This document shows, one piece after another, positions 62,097-64,000 of a stretch of DNA of 64,000 nucleotides (the stretch's first letter is position 1; each line of letters starts with the position of its first letter). The translations under genes were made by a program, and so were the position numbers. Source of the DNA: Escherichia coli (GTDB lineage Bacteria; Pseudomonadota; Gammaproteobacteria; Enterobacterales; Enterobacteriaceae); the NCBI RefSeq assembly GCF_050920415.1, contig NZ_CP169309.1. The stretch is one strand, 5' to 3'. The notes under the pieces were generated by a model. The model was given only the letters and a program-made list of their open reading frames with translations. It was not told where the DNA came from and did no database searches.

Positions 62097-62429
62097 TTAC
62101 GTATTGTCTTTCACCGTCTGGCTTGTGCCATTGGCTTTAACGGAGGCAATTCCGGTTTCACGAGATTGCGCGGTGGCGTACATCTGGCTGGAGCCGATAA
62201 TTTGATGATTGGCGGCTTTCAGATTAAAATAGAATTTGCCGTTGCTTGCCGTTTTTTTCTCATAGCGTTCTTCTTGTGGGCTGTTGCTACGCACTGACGC
62301 GATGCCCTTTTCCGCAGAGGCTTTTGAGGTATACAGCTCGCTGGTGAGGATAGTCTCACCATTGCCCGCTTTTAGCACAAACCGGAATTGATTATCACTG
62401 CTCCTACTGAGTTCAAACCAACCAGCCAT
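62097..62429 (-). CDS. yegP: DUF1508 (YegP/UPF0339) protein
   Basis: ORF 62097..62468; start at ATG 62429 (MAGWFELSRSSDNQFRF...), 110 aa; internally duplicated ~50-aa domain. Confidence 0.8.
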   Translation of the reverse strand: MAGWFELSRSSDNQFRFVLKAGNGETILTSELYTSKASAEKGIASVRSNSPQEERYEKKTASNGKFYFNLKAANHQIIGSSQMYATAQSRETGIASVKANGTSQTVKDNT

Positions 62430-62565
62430 AATGACTCCTTGATTGAAATTGCGTATCGAAAACAGCATCTAAAAGGACTGTTTGCCGATTAAAGTATGAG
62501 CGATTTTCAGGTGCTTGCCAGGGCGGAGAGATAATGTCAGATAGCCGAAAATGCGCGGGATAATG

Positions 62566-62603
62566 CTGCCGGATGCGGCGTGAATGCCTTCTCCGGCAGG
62601 TAA
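62566..62603. repeat. REP element
   Basis: gccggatgcggcgtgaatgccttctccggc palindrome between yegP and baeR. Confidence 0.65.
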
Positions 62604-62608
62604 AAATG

Positions 62609-63331
62609 TTAAACGATGCGGCAGGCGTCGGCTTCCCAGCGATAACCGACACCGTAGACGGCGCGGATAAAAGACTGCTCTTCGTCCAGAGCTTCCAGCT
62701 TGCGACGCAGGTTTTTAATGTGGCTGTCGATGGTGCGGTCAGTTACTACGCGGTAGTCGTCATAAAGATGATTGAGCAATTGCTCGCGGGAGAACACTTT
62801 TCCTGGTTCATGAGAGAGTGTTTTCAGCAGACGAAATTCCGCAGGCGTCAGGTCAAGCATTTTACCGCGCCATGAAGCCTGAAAACGACCTTCGTCGATA
62901 ATCAACGGGCTTTCAGCATCCTGTTGCTGCAACTCACGCTGCGGTTTGCAACGGCGCAAAATGGTTTTGACGCGTGCTACCACTTCCCGTGGGCTGTACG
63001 GCTTGCAGATATAATCATCTGCGCCAATCTCTAGCCCGAGCAGGCGGTCGATCTCTTCGATTTTTGCTGTCACCATCACGATCGGAATGTCAGAAAAACG
63101 ACGAATCTCCCGACACAACGTCAGGCCATCGGTGCCAGGGAGCATCAGATCCAACAGGATCAGATCCGGTGGTGTCTGGCGCACATATGGCAGTACCTGA
63201 TCGCCGTGGCTGATAAGCGTCGGCGCATAGCTCGCAGCACGCAGATAATCAATAAGCAACTGCCCCAGCTTCGGTTCATCTTCCACGATCAAAATACGTG
63301 GCGTGTTTTCGTCGATTGGTAACTCGGTCAT
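62609..63331 (-). CDS. baeR: OmpR-family response regulator (envelope stress)
   Basis: 240 aa; receiver domain plus winged-helix; start overlaps baeS stop. Confidence 0.9.
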   Translation of the reverse strand: MTELPIDENTPRILIVEDEPKLGQLLIDYLRAASYAPTLISHGDQVLPYVRQTPPDLILLDLMLPGTDGLTLCREIRRFSDIPIVMVTAKIEEIDRLLGLEIGADDYICKPYSPREVVARVKTILRRCKPQRELQQQDAESPLIIDEGRFQASWRGKMLDLTPAEFRLLKTLSHEPGKVFSREQLLNHLYDDYRVVTDRTIDSHIKNLRRKLEALDEEQSFIRAVYGVGYRWEADACRIV

Positions 63332-64000
63332 ACTTCTCTCTGTAAATCCCGTTCCAGCGGTAACTCTACTGTAATGCTTACCCCGCCAAAAGGCGAATGA
63401 GCGGCAACAATGCGACCATTATGTGCTTCAACAATGTTAAGACAAATAGCCAGCCCCAGGCCGGAACCGCCGCTGGCACGGTTGCGGGAACCTTCGGTGC
63501 GATAAAAACGCTCAAACAATTTTTGCAGTTGATCGTCACTAACGCCCGGTGCACTGTCGGCAAAGGTCAGGCGCACCGTTTTGTCATGTTGCTCGGCAGA
63601 GATATGCAGGCTGCCGCCGCTGTCGGTATAGCGCAGGCTGTTTTCCAGTAAGTTATTGAACAACTGCATTAAACGATCGCGATCGCCAAATACGGTAATG
63701 CTGTCTGGTAGGGAAAATTGCAGTTTCAGCCCGCGGCTGGCGAAACGCTCACGAAATGCGCCACCCGCGACTTCCAGTAGCGGGATCAGATCCACCGACG
63801 ATTTCTGGTAGGCGAGAGCGCCTTCATCAGACATCGACAATTGATGAAGATCATCCACCAGTTTGGTCAGTGTACCGACCTCTGCCTGTAAAGAAGCCAC
63901 CGTCTCCGGCGTGAATTTACGCACGCCATCCTGAATAGCTTCCAGTTCGCCGCGCAGTACCGCTAAAGGCGTGCGCAGCTCGTGGGAGATATCGGCCATA
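63328..64000 (-). CDS. baeS: sensor histidine kinase, C-terminal part only (5' end beyond window)
   Basis: ORF 63328..63999 reading to the window edge; H-box SHELRTPL and HATPase motifs (GGSGLGLAI). Confidence 0.85.
   Translation of the reverse strand, partial: MADISHELRTPLAVLRGELEAIQDGVRKFTPETVASLQAEVGTLTKLVDDLHQLSMSDEGALAYQKSSVDLIPLLEVAGGAFRERFASRGLKLQFSLPDSITVFGDRDRLMQLFNNLLENSLRYTDSGGSLHISAEQHDKTVRLTFADSAPGVSDDQLQKLFERFYRTEGSRNRASGGSGLGLAICLNIVEAHNGRIVAAHSPFGGVSITVELPLERDLQREV

Overview
This window reads as a contiguous Escherichia coli chromosomal segment, identified by recall of E. coli K-12 proteins from the ORF-track translations (no database search was possible). In window order it runs pbpG, dld, bglX, osmF-yehYXW, yohO, mlrA, btsSR (yehUT), yehS, yehR, yehQPML, yehK, yehI plus two MolR-family paralogs, metG, apbC, yehE, the yehDCBA fimbrial operon, rcnBA/rcnR, the thiMD TPP riboswitch operon, yegX, yegW, yegVUT, fbaB, gatYZABCD-gatR, yegS, yegR, cyaR sRNA, yegQ, yegP, baeR and partial baeS, in reverse orientation relative to K-12 numbering. 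Start codons were re-placed by hand where the ORF track over-extended the N-terminus. Most of the window is ordinary core genome. The stand-out region is the 19-kb minus-strand block at 13.8-32.8 kb: three tandem ~1,200-aa MolR/YehI-family paralogs (two with an N-terminal WGR-like domain) plus yehK, followed by yehLMPQ (MoxR-type AAA+ ATPase, large unknown protein, VWA protein, double-SWIM zinc-finger protein). None of these has an established function, and I flag the block as the best candidate for an undescribed system. Between the two modules sits a zorO/orzO-like type I toxin-antitoxin locus that the ORF track missed (29-aa toxin). Apparent differences from K-12, from memory only: an intact gatR, an intact and duplicated molR, and no P2-remnant genes next to cyaR.
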